A DNA stretch of 64,000 nucleotides, taken from the IMG/VR virus record IMGVR_UViG_3300021962_000040, positions 32,001-96,000 of that record. The stretch is one strand, 5' to 3'. Made by a program: the position numbers and the translations under genes. The DNA is from a virus. Under the pieces are notes generated by a model that made no database searches, was not told the DNA's origin, and saw nothing but the letters and a program-made list of their open reading frames with translations. Shown here piece after piece: positions 17,269 through 26,700 of the stretch; position 1 is the first letter of the stretch; the number at the start of each line of letters is the position of its first letter.

Positions 17269-19686
17269 ATGATACCAGTAAATAATAAGCACATTGCACC
17301 TTGTTCACCAATTTCTTCAAATTGTGTTATCTGGCAGGGTCCAGATATTCCTTGTATCGGCATTTGTAATGGTGATACGGTAAGTGATGTAGTTGGTAAA
17401 TTGGGAGATGAGTTATGCTCCATTATAGATGCAACTTGTCAATGTAATCCTGACCTATCTGGTTTGGATTTAAGCTGTTTACCAGTAAATACCCCGTTAA
17501 ATTTAGAAGCTGTTCTTCAAGCAATTATAGACTATGTATGTAGTCTTAACCCTGGTGGAGGTGGTTCTTTACCTAATATTACTTTACCTACTTGTTTAAG
17601 ATACAATGATCCTTTAGGAAATCCTGTTACTCAGTTACCTTTGGATCAATTTGCAATATTGCTTGGTAATAAGATCTGTCTTATTTTATCTGACATTACT
17701 AACTTACAAGTAGCTGTTGCAAGTTTGCAAGCTAGAGTTACAATCTTAGAGAACTGTGTACTTCCTTGTACACCTTCTACTCCTGGAGGAGATATTGATA
17801 TTTTATCTGATTGTTTATTTCCTGGTACCTTAGTACCCATCTCTCAATTAGTATCTGCTCTTGAAGATGGTTTTTGTGCATTTAGAGATGCTGTAGGTTC
17901 AATAACTCTTATTAACTCTGCTATTTCTTCACAATGTTTATTTGGTAGTACTCCAAAATTAAGTGGTAATGGAAACTATGGTAGTACGGCTGGTTGGGTA
18001 AATACACCAACTACATTAGCAGAATCTAACATCAACCAATGGTTGGTGATTTGTGATTTATATGCTGCTATAAAAAGCATACAAGACAACTGTTGTGTTA
18101 CAGGATGTAATGGTGTTACATTTGATGTAACTTACACAACCATTGATCAAAACAATGACGGTGTTGTAGAAGCATTAGCTCTTGATTTCTCAGGTTCAAA
18201 CATTCCTTCAGGATTTACTGATTGCAATGGTGTAACTATCATGACTATCACTGATTCTATAGGTACATCAATTACAGTACCTGTAAACGTTACTTCTGCC
18301 TCAATGGGTTCTACCATCAATGTAAGCTTATCAGGTTTGAATACCTTGGCCGCTATCACATTGTCTATACCATTCTGTGTTACAGATAATACAAGTCAGT
18401 GTTCTGATAAACAAACCGTAATTATACCTTTAAATATTCCTTGTCCAGCAGTTACAGCAACTTCCGCATTAAATGACATTACTGTATCTTTCCCTAACAC
18501 TTTAGGAACAAGTGCAATATACTCAGTTGTAGCAATTGATACTACTACAGGAGCTACTTTAGGTCAAACTATTATAACTAACCCTGCAGCACTTGTTACT
18601 CATACATTTGGTGGAGCAATTGCTGGTAGAACTTATAACATTATTGTTACAGTAACTCAAGGTTCTTCTACTAAAACTTGTCCTGCTACAAGCGTTGTAG
18701 CTCAAGGTGGAACAACTGGTTATATAATTACTTTCTGTAAAGATAATACCACTGCTAATGTAACATGGACTGGTACGCCTCCTATAGTTGGAACTGTTTA
18801 CAAGTGGACTGATGGTGTACAATTTACAGATGAATGTATTACAGTATCAGCAGGACCTTTAAATTTACAAACAACTGCTTATAACGTAACTACATTAGAT
18901 ATTGTTTCTCAAACAAATTGTACAGTTTGTCAAGCAATTACACCTTCTTTTAACTGTGTCTCAGGTAACTGTGTAGATCCGGGAGATGGAACAGGTGCTT
19001 ATGCTACTTTATTAGACTGTCAACTTAATTGTATTTCACCAGCACCTATATCATATAATTGTCAATCAGGAAACTGCGTAGATCCTGGAGATGGTTCTGG
19101 TACATACTCAACTTTAGCTGCATGTCAAGCCGTATGTTCAGTACCTCCGGTTACTACATATAACTGTGTTTCAGGCAACTGTGTTTCTGTATCTGGTAGC
19201 AGTGGAACTTATACTACATTAGCAGCTTGTCAATTAAACTGTGCTCCTCCTGTTCCTCAAACTTATAACTGTATTTCAGGAAACTGCGTAGATCCGCTTG
19301 ATGGAACCGGTACATATAGTTCTCTTGTAGCTTGTCAAGCAGCATGTGCTTCTCCTAAACCTGAAGTATCTGGTGTAACAGGTTACATGGAACCATGTAT
19401 TGGTGGTACCATTGATGATCACATGGGAGCTTCTGTAACCTTAAGTCAAACTGTTGCTGTAGATACTCAGTTTGATGTAGTAATTGGATATACAGATTTA
19501 AATGGAAGTTGTAATAATCCTTTATATCTTCAAAATATTGTTGTTGAAATATTGGCTGGACAATCTACTTCAAACTTTATTGCATGTAACAATGGGGTTT
19601 ATATTCCTAGTGGTGCTTTAATTTGTACTGCATGTATTACTGCTTGTAATAATCCTGATGTTGATATTGCTTCTTTTTCATGTTAA
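17269..19686 (+). CDS. Cys-rich fibre/spike protein with coiled coil, FN3-like domain and tandem Cys repeats
   Basis: 805 aa; N-terminal CVIWQGPDIPC..I..GD motif; coiled coil ITNLQVAVASLQARVTILE; four 35-aa Cys4 repeats. Confidence 0.65.
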   Translation: MIPVNNKHIAPCSPISSNCVIWQGPDIPCIGICNGDTVSDVVGKLGDELCSIIDATCQCNPDLSGLDLSCLPVNTPLNLEAVLQAIIDYVCSLNPGGGGSLPNITLPTCLRYNDPLGNPVTQLPLDQFAILLGNKICLILSDITNLQVAVASLQARVTILENCVLPCTPSTPGGDIDILSDCLFPGTLVPISQLVSALEDGFCAFRDAVGSITLINSAISSQCLFGSTPKLSGNGNYGSTAGWVNTPTTLAESNINQWLVICDLYAAIKSIQDNCCVTGCNGVTFDVTYTTIDQNNDGVVEALALDFSGSNIPSGFTDCNGVTIMTITDSIGTSITVPVNVTSASMGSTINVSLSGLNTLAAITLSIPFCVTDNTSQCSDKQTVIIPLNIPCPAVTATSALNDITVSFPNTLGTSAIYSVVAIDTTTGATLGQTIITNPAALVTHTFGGAIAGRTYNIIVTVTQGSSTKTCPATSVVAQGGTTGYIITFCKDNTTANVTWTGTPPIVGTVYKWTDGVQFTDECITVSAGPLNLQTTAYNVTTLDIVSQTNCTVCQAITPSFNCVSGNCVDPGDGTGAYATLLDCQLNCISPAPISYNCQSGNCVDPGDGSGTYSTLAACQAVCSVPPVTTYNCVSGNCVSVSGSSGTYTTLAACQLNCAPPVPQTYNCISGNCVDPLDGTGTYSSLVACQAACASPKPEVSGVTGYMEPCIGGTIDDHMGASVTLSQTVAVDTQFDVVIGYTDLNGSCNNPLYLQNIVVEILAGQSTSNFIACNNGVYIPSGALICTACITACNNPDVDIASFSC
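18949..19350 (+). repeat. Four tandem 105-nt (35-aa) repeats, YNCxSGNCVxxxxGxGxYxxLxxCQxxC
   Basis: Units start at 18949, 19054, 19159 and 19264. Confidence 0.9.
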
Positions 19687-19703
19687 AATAAATATTTATA
19701 AAT

Positions 19704-20267
19704 ATGGCTTGTAATTGTAATAAATGTAATCCTAATAAACCTTGTGGCTGTAATGATTCTGCTTTACATGCCCCATGTTCTTACACTGATTGCAGTGTAG
19801 GAAGTGAAAGGTGTGAGGATGTTCAGTGTGCAGAATGTGTAAGTTACTGCGGCACTAGCTTTAGAATTGTAGATGGAACTAATATCTTTCAGATTAGTGA
19901 AGGAGATAGACTTGATATGATTCTTCAAAAGCTTTCATTAATTCTTATAAACGGATTTGGACCTTGCAATGCTGATAATGTTCATCATGCTCCATATAAT
20001 GTCTATGCCACTAATATTACAAATACTGGTGTTACCATCTTATGGAATAATGAATCATCATTAACAACAGGTATAAGTGTATACTATGATACAGTAACAT
20101 CACCATCTGGTTGGGTATTGGCAAACTCTATTCCTGTGGCTCCTACAGTTCTTACATATCAATTAGCTAACCTTACTCCGTCTACCCAATATAAAATCAA
20201 ATTAGTATCTAATGATGGGACTACACTTTGCAATAGTGTTGAAATTTTAATCACAACACTTGCTTAA
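19704..20267 (+). CDS. Cys-rich protein with C-terminal FN3 domain
   Basis: 187 aa; APYNVYATNITNTGVTILW...LANLTPSTQYKIKL is an FN3 signature; Cys-dense N-terminus. Confidence 0.65.
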   Translation: MACNCNKCNPNKPCGCNDSALHAPCSYTDCSVGSERCEDVQCAECVSYCGTSFRIVDGTNIFQISEGDRLDMILQKLSLILINGFGPCNADNVHHAPYNVYATNITNTGVTILWNNESSLTTGISVYYDTVTSPSGWVLANSIPVAPTVLTYQLANLTPSTQYKIKLVSNDGTTLCNSVEILITTLA

Positions 20268-20314
20268 GATAAACAACAAGTGATAGTTTGTTGGTTTTCT
20301 GTCACACCTGTTGG

Positions 20315-20344
20315 AGAGGTCCTGGTAACAGGGCCTCTTTTTTT
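20315..20344 (+). terminator. Intrinsic terminator ending the fibre cluster
   Basis: AGAGGTCCTG-GTAA-CAGGGCCTCT-TTTTTT. Confidence 0.8.
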
Positions 20345-20389
20345 ATAAAAAAAATAGTATATTTACATCAGAATCTTTAACAAAATCCT

Positions 20390-21568
20390 ATGAATAATAT
20401 AGAAAAAAAGGTTATAGAATCCTTAAAATGGAAAAAACATCCTAGCTATTGTGCACACAGACTGGGATTATCTGAGTCTGAATATTGTCAGATCAGAGAT
20501 AAAGTTAGAAAAAATCATATTAAAGGTCAAGCTTCCAGACAATATAATTTGGACAAAGGGGAAGCAAAATTAGAAGCCTTAGTAACTTTTGAACCAAAAA
20601 ACCCTGATGAAATTATTAAGCTTTTAAACATTAATCCAAAAGAATGGAAGCTTTCTTCATATTGGAATAAACAAGTTCAAGAAGGTTGGAGAATTTCAGC
20701 TCTTGTTACAAAGATTAAAGAAAGTGATGAGGGTAAACTCTTTGAACAACTTTTAAGTAAATGGAATCCTAAAAAACATTACATTGATTCTAAACCAAAA
20801 GTAAATAAAAATTTACCAGATGTATGTGGAGTTATTTCAATGCAAGATATTCATTTTGGTAAGGAAGGTAATACTTTTATTGATCTAGATTTTGAATTAG
20901 CAATAGAAGATTTAATGCAACGGGGTAGTCTATCCCACAATATAAAGGTTCTTTACTTTGTCATAGGAGGTGATCTTATTAATATGGATACCTTTGCCGG
21001 TACAACAACGTCAGGAACACCTTTAGATAACTCTATGAAAGCAACAGATGCTTATGTACAAGCATTTGATTCTATGCACTGGGCTGTTGAATATATGGCC
21101 GGTTATTGTGAGAAACTAGTCATTGTTTATTTGCCAGGTAATCATGATAGATTATCATCATTCCATTTAGCACATGCTTTATCTAAATCAATCCAAGGTC
21201 CCAATATTGAATGGGATGTTGATTATGCTGAAAGAAAGGTGCATGTATGGGGTGAAAACTTTAATGCCTTTGAGCATGGTGATGTTAAGTCAAAAAGCAC
21301 GCCTTTAGTTTATGCTACAGAGTTTCCGTTTCACTGGGGTAGTACAAAGTTCAGAACCTTATTTACAGGCCACTACCATCAAAACAAGAAGGTGGAATAC
21401 TTAACAACAAGTGAGGAAGTAGGGTTTGTTCAAAAAACTCTACCTAGTCTTTGTAAGACGGACTACTACCATTATCATAACAAATATGTAGGTAATAGGA
21501 GATCAGCTGTGCTTGAGCTTCAATCATATACAAAAGGAACTGTCTGTGAATTGGTTTATTCTGCATAA
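20390..21568 (+). CDS. Calcineurin-like metallophosphoesterase
   Basis: All five motifs present: DIHFG, GGDLIN, GNHD, HGD, GHYH; N-terminal HTH-like segment. Confidence 0.85.
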   Translation: MNNIEKKVIESLKWKKHPSYCAHRLGLSESEYCQIRDKVRKNHIKGQASRQYNLDKGEAKLEALVTFEPKNPDEIIKLLNINPKEWKLSSYWNKQVQEGWRISALVTKIKESDEGKLFEQLLSKWNPKKHYIDSKPKVNKNLPDVCGVISMQDIHFGKEGNTFIDLDFELAIEDLMQRGSLSHNIKVLYFVIGGDLINMDTFAGTTTSGTPLDNSMKATDAYVQAFDSMHWAVEYMAGYCEKLVIVYLPGNHDRLSSFHLAHALSKSIQGPNIEWDVDYAERKVHVWGENFNAFEHGDVKSKSTPLVYATEFPFHWGSTKFRTLFTGHYHQNKKVEYLTTSEEVGFVQKTLPSLCKTDYYHYHNKYVGNRRSAVLELQSYTKGTVCELVYSA

Positions 21569-21616
21569 AGTCTTTTTTAAGTGCTTAATTTTTTGTAAAT
21601 TATAAATGTCAACTAT

Positions 21617-22150
21617 ATGATAAATAACTTTAAAGGACCGGATCTAAATGCTCCCCGCTACAGGGAGAAAAGGTTGGGTCTACTAAATAGCAAAACAATA
21701 AGAGAGTTCAAGGATAAGTACCCTATTTATGAAAATGTTGACAATGAGAAACTAAAAAGTATAATAAGGATATTTAACAGACAAGTGTGGGAAGCTGTAA
21801 TTAAATATAGAGATGGAGTAGAATTACCAGATTCACTTGGTTATTTGTTCATAGGAACATGTGCACCAAGCAAGTCTGTGAATACTAATTATGCTTTATC
21901 AAAGCAGTATGGAAAAGTACTGCAGAATAAGAACTGGGAAACTGATGGTAATTTGGGTAAAATCTTTTATACCAATTGGTCCACCAAGTATAAGTTTAAG
22001 AACCGTGAGTTGTGGAGATTTGAAGCAGTTAGAGACTTTAAAAGAACTGTTGCTAAAGAATATCCTGAGAACTGGACTAAGTATGTGTTTATGAAAAACA
22101 AATACAGAGTAGCTCACTTATACTCCGCCAAAACTGCTGAAAAAGTATAG
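21617..22150 (+). CDS. IHF/HU-like DNA-binding protein of crAss-like phages
   Basis: Two helices followed by DGVELPDSLGYLFI (HU-like V.L..lG.F strand); sits before the ring/tube genes as in crAss-like phages. Confidence 0.55.
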   Translation: MINNFKGPDLNAPRYREKRLGLLNSKTIREFKDKYPIYENVDNEKLKSIIRIFNRQVWEAVIKYRDGVELPDSLGYLFIGTCAPSKSVNTNYALSKQYGKVLQNKNWETDGNLGKIFYTNWSTKYKFKNRELWRFEAVRDFKRTVAKEYPENWTKYVFMKNKYRVAHLYSAKTAEKV

Positions 22151-22177
22151 TTTTGGCTAACTATAAAAATTAAAAAC

Positions 22178-22843
22178 ATGGCAACAATTGCAGACGTAGT
22201 ATCAAGAATAAGGGGTCAAATAAAGGCAGAAAGTCAAGATGCTTTTACTACTGACCGATACATATATAGCCTTATCCAGAAGTTTTCTCAAGTATTAATG
22301 AGAAGACAAGACTTTGCTAATAAGTTAATGAAGTTTAACTCAATATGGAAAACTCTTCCTTATGTAGAACTTATTGAAGTAGATAAAGTAGAAGCTCATT
22401 GTTCAGGCATTCAAAGTGGCTGTACAATTATGAGAACAAAGAATCCATTGCCTGATATGATTGAAGGTTACTGGGGCCCATTGATTAGAAGTATTACTTC
22501 AATTGACGGTTCTCAAGAATTACAACCTACTCAACCAGCTACCTATCTGTCAATGACAAAGACAACATCTTTTAGATATAATACAACCAAGTACTTTTGG
22601 TTTATTGATCATCACATTTACTTTCCAGATTTGGAATGGGATGCTGTTAAGATAGAAGCTGTTTTTGATTCAGACATTTCAGCTTGGCAATGTGATGATA
22701 AGTGCGTTCCAATATATGAGCAAGACATCAATATTCCAGAATCTTTATTTGCTGAGGTTGAATCTCAAGTTTTAACTGTGATGAGTAATACTTTGAGAAT
22801 TCCTTCAGAAGATTCTGATAACAAAATAAATCCCCATAGATAA
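22178..22843 (+). CDS. Tail ring/tube protein
   Basis: 221 aa; first of three tightly packed genes ending in the muzzle gene; synteny. Confidence 0.55.
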   Translation: MATIADVVSRIRGQIKAESQDAFTTDRYIYSLIQKFSQVLMRRQDFANKLMKFNSIWKTLPYVELIEVDKVEAHCSGIQSGCTIMRTKNPLPDMIEGYWGPLIRSITSIDGSQELQPTQPATYLSMTKTTSFRYNTTKYFWFIDHHIYFPDLEWDAVKIEAVFDSDISAWQCDDKCVPIYEQDINIPESLFAEVESQVLTVMSNTLRIPSEDSDNKINPHR

Positions 22844-23730
22844 TGGCAATCTCTCATAAATATAGAACCTTTGATCAACTGTACAATGATGTTACAGTTG
22901 ATTTTGCTGCATATGCTCTAGAGGGTTTTATAGACCCTCAGCAATTGATTAAAGTAGCTACTAGAGTTAATTATGATTTGGGTCTAAGAATTCATAGAAC
23001 TAAAGAAGTAGTGTTAGATGTTGAGCATGGTAAGGCTAGATTGCCTTATGACTTTGCCTATTTAAACTATGCATTTAGATGTGGCAGCTATACAGTTGCT
23101 GACAGACAACCAAGTGGTACTCACATTGAAACATTTAATGATGTTCCTTATGTACCAGCTCCAGGAGAATCTGGTCCATGTAAAGACCCTACCTGCAAAG
23201 ATGTATGTGTTATAAAGACTTGTGATAATAAGAATGAATATCAGATTGTTCAAAAAGTAGGTGGTGCAAATCAGTATAGAGTATTTACTGCTTTTGTTCC
23301 ATTGAGAATGAACACTGTTAATAAGTTTACTTGTGACTGTCCTAATATTAATGAGCAGGCGGCAGATGTTGCTGAAATCAAGGATGGTTTTATTCTAACC
23401 TCTTTTACTACAGGTAAGGTTTATTTAAACTATCAAGGGGCAATGGAAGATACTGATGGAAATTTGCTTGTCTTAGATCATCCTTATTGTAATGAATACT
23501 ATGAATACGCATTAAAGCAAAGAGTCATAGAAAATATGATTTTTGCTGGTGAAAATCTAGGCAGTCAGTTGACATTGATTGAGCAGAGATTAAGAGCTGC
23601 TAGAAACAATGCATTGAGTTTTGTTAATACCCCAGACTTTAGAGAACTATATGAAGTATGGTGGAATAACAGAAGAGCTCAATATCATAATTATTATAAC
23701 ATGTTTAAAAGTCATCCAGTGATTGGATAA
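22843..23730 (+). CDS. Tail tubular/ring protein (Ttub-like)
   Basis: 295 aa; TAATG-coupled; GKVYLNYQG...DGNLLVLD...EYYEYALK pattern; directly upstream of the stabilisation protein. Confidence 0.6.
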   Translation: MAISHKYRTFDQLYNDVTVDFAAYALEGFIDPQQLIKVATRVNYDLGLRIHRTKEVVLDVEHGKARLPYDFAYLNYAFRCGSYTVADRQPSGTHIETFNDVPYVPAPGESGPCKDPTCKDVCVIKTCDNKNEYQIVQKVGGANQYRVFTAFVPLRMNTVNKFTCDCPNINEQAADVAEIKDGFILTSFTTGKVYLNYQGAMEDTDGNLLVLDHPYCNEYYEYALKQRVIENMIFAGENLGSQLTLIEQRLRAARNNALSFVNTPDFRELYEVWWNNRRAQYHNYYNMFKSHPVIG

Positions 23731-23739
23731 TAATTTATT

Positions 23740-26700
23740 ATGGCACAACAACAGTATTCAAACTCCTCTTCTATAGAGACCAATACTTTTGCAAAAGGTA
23801 TGGTGAAGGATTTATATGCTTCATTACAACCTAAAGAAAACTGGTCTCATGCTAGAAATGCATATAATAACTCAGTAGATGGGGATGCTGGTGTCATTGG
23901 TAATGAGCCGGCAAACTTGCAATGTGGAATTGTTCCATATACAATTATTGGATTTATACATAAAAGAGCAGATCAATGGTATGTATTTTCAACAGATGAC
24001 ATCAATTCAGAAATTGGATTTTATGATGAAAGTACCTGTAGTTATACAACTATTGTAAATGATCCTTGCTTAAACTTTAATAGAAAGTTCTTAATTACAG
24101 GTGCTTCAAAAGAGAACTATGATTGCACTTGGCAGATTTACTGGGATGATTCTAACAATCCGTCAAGAACTTTGAATGTTGATGAAATTCCTTGGGTACA
24201 AACCATAGTAAGTGCACCCGGCTCTGATTGTATTATTTATCAAGATACAGCAGTACTTGATTGTGAAAAACTAAGATTAGCTCCACTAGTTAATACACCT
24301 TGTTTAAACTTAACAAAAGCTCTTGATGGTGGTTTGTTAAGAAATGGTACATATCAAGCATTTATTGCTTATATGGAAAATGATGTTGTTGTTACAGACT
24401 ATATTGGTATTTCTAATCTTCAGAGCTTATTCAATCATGATAACAATGCTGGATCTTTAAACATAGAAATAACTAATCTTGATAAAGACTATGAGTTCTT
24501 CCAACTTGTTATTCTTAGTAACAATCAACAAAACATTGTTGCAAAGATAATTGGAAGCTATAGCACAGAGCAATCTAATATTAGCATTGATTATATTGAT
24601 CCGGCAACATTAAGTCTTGACTTTACAGTTTTATTTGCTAGAAAGCCTGCCTATGAAAAATCAGATGCAATGTATGTTGTAAATGATTATTTGATTAGAC
24701 AGGGTCCTACAGAACAATTTGATTTTAATTATCAACCAATTGCAAATCAGATTAAAACTAACTGGGTTGTTGCTGAATATCCATCTACATACTATTATAA
24801 AGGTGGTAATAAAACAGGTTTCTTAAGAGATGAGGTTTACTCATTCTTTATTAGATGGATCTATAATACAGGTGAAAGAAGTAAATCATATCACATTCCC
24901 GGTAGACCTCCTAAACTTGCAGGTGAAAACCAGTATGGTGAAGTAGTAAATGAAACAGCTCAATCAAACGGTATTAACTCCCTTAATGGGCCAAACTATA
25001 ACTTTGAGGTATTTGATACGTCAACTGTTACATCATTAGCACCTTTACCGTTAACTGATGGTGGTGTTATTTTAGGTAGGGGTGAGATGGGTTATTGGCA
25101 GTCTACTGAACAATACCCTGCTACTAAACCAGAAATATGGAATGCAACTTATGTAGATCCTACAAATGGCGTGAACATTGGTGCTACGTCAAATCAACAG
25201 TTTGATCTTTGTGGTAAAAAGATTAGACATCATAAGATGCCTACAGAAGAAAAAAATTCAATTCTTCAGATCTATAGTACTACATCAGATGCTGTTAGAA
25301 TCTTAGGAGTTGAGTTTACAAATATTGGCAAACCTAAATTTAATGATGGAACATATATTCCTAACATTGTAGGTTATGAAATTTTAAGAGGATCAAGAGA
25401 AGGTGCTAAATCTGTTTTAGCAAAAGGTATATTTAGGAACATGCGTAAGTATACAATTCCAAATAATACCACCACTCTTCAAGGTCTTTATCCAAACTAC
25501 CCATATAATGACTTAACACCTGACATCTATTTTCATGATGGTGCAAATGGTAGTGGTCCTGGTAAAATGACAGATGGTTGTGATAACTTAACAGATTCAA
25601 TAAACAATCATGCTCCATTAACCGGATATGCTCAGAATGTATTTACATTTCACTCTCCTGAGTTGATGTTTAAAAGACCATATCTTAACTCTTATGAAGC
25701 AAGATTATATGGTGAACTTAATGGCACATCTATTGGATACTTTATCAAATCAGAACAACACCCTCAGTATAAATTATTGAGAAACGTTGCTGCATTACTA
25801 TCAGGTATTATAGGTGTTGGTTATGCTATTAATGCTATTCAGGGTATTAGAAAGAATAAAATTAATTATGCTATACCAACTTGGGAAGCTGGTAATGCTG
25901 ATAGCTGGTTTGTAGCTGGATTTACTAATGGTACTACATCAGTTAACCAAGGTATAAACGTTGGTATAGCGGCTGCAGCACTTGCCGGAACTAGTGGTAA
26001 TGCTCTTGCTGAAATTTTATCAGATGATGGTTATGCTGTAGGTTCTTTATTTGGAGGAACAGGTGTTAGACAACTTGCAAATATTCAACAAGGTGTTGTT
26101 CAATCAGCATTTGGTTTAACTCCATTAATTAGAGGTGGTTCTGCGGAAAAGGAATTTGAACTTAGAGATGAAGCTGGTGGAATGCCTTCTGTTCTTCAAG
26201 TATTTATCAGCTGGTTAACTGCTAGACAAAAAATTGCAGAAGGTGCTCAAAAGATTATTGATGTAATTTACAATTTTGTTCAGCCTTCTGATTTTGCTTT
26301 GAAGCATAATTCACATGCTGATATATTTAATTACTCTCCAACTATTAATGGAAATAGATATAGATCAATAGTTAGAGAACAGAATTATATTGGATCCGCT
26401 TTTCAAGTGTTTGATGGTCAATATAAAATTAACAACTTATTTAGACCAAGAACTGCAGCTATTGCAATTACAGATACATTTAATGATCCTCAAGTAAAAG
26501 ATACCTCAAGATATGTTGTAGGTGGTGGTTACAATAGTGCTGGTACTGGTATTAATACAAGTTACAACTATTTAGAATCCCCTGGTGTACCTAGAGCAAG
26601 GAGTGTATCAATGCATTACGGTGCTTTGAAGTTTAATTTTCAAAATCAATATGGACAAATAGACGGTATCAAGCAAGTGGTGATGAGAGGTTGTGTTAAC

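Noticed and set aside
17172-17423. Minus-strand 83-aa ORF
   Set aside because: Overlaps the promoter motif and the start of ORF 17269; no independent support.
10560-19350. Diversity-generating retroelement TR/VR pair or CRISPR array among the repeats
   Set aside because: Repeats are in-frame protein repeats differing at all base types, not only adenines; no reverse transcriptase and no repeat-spacer structure.
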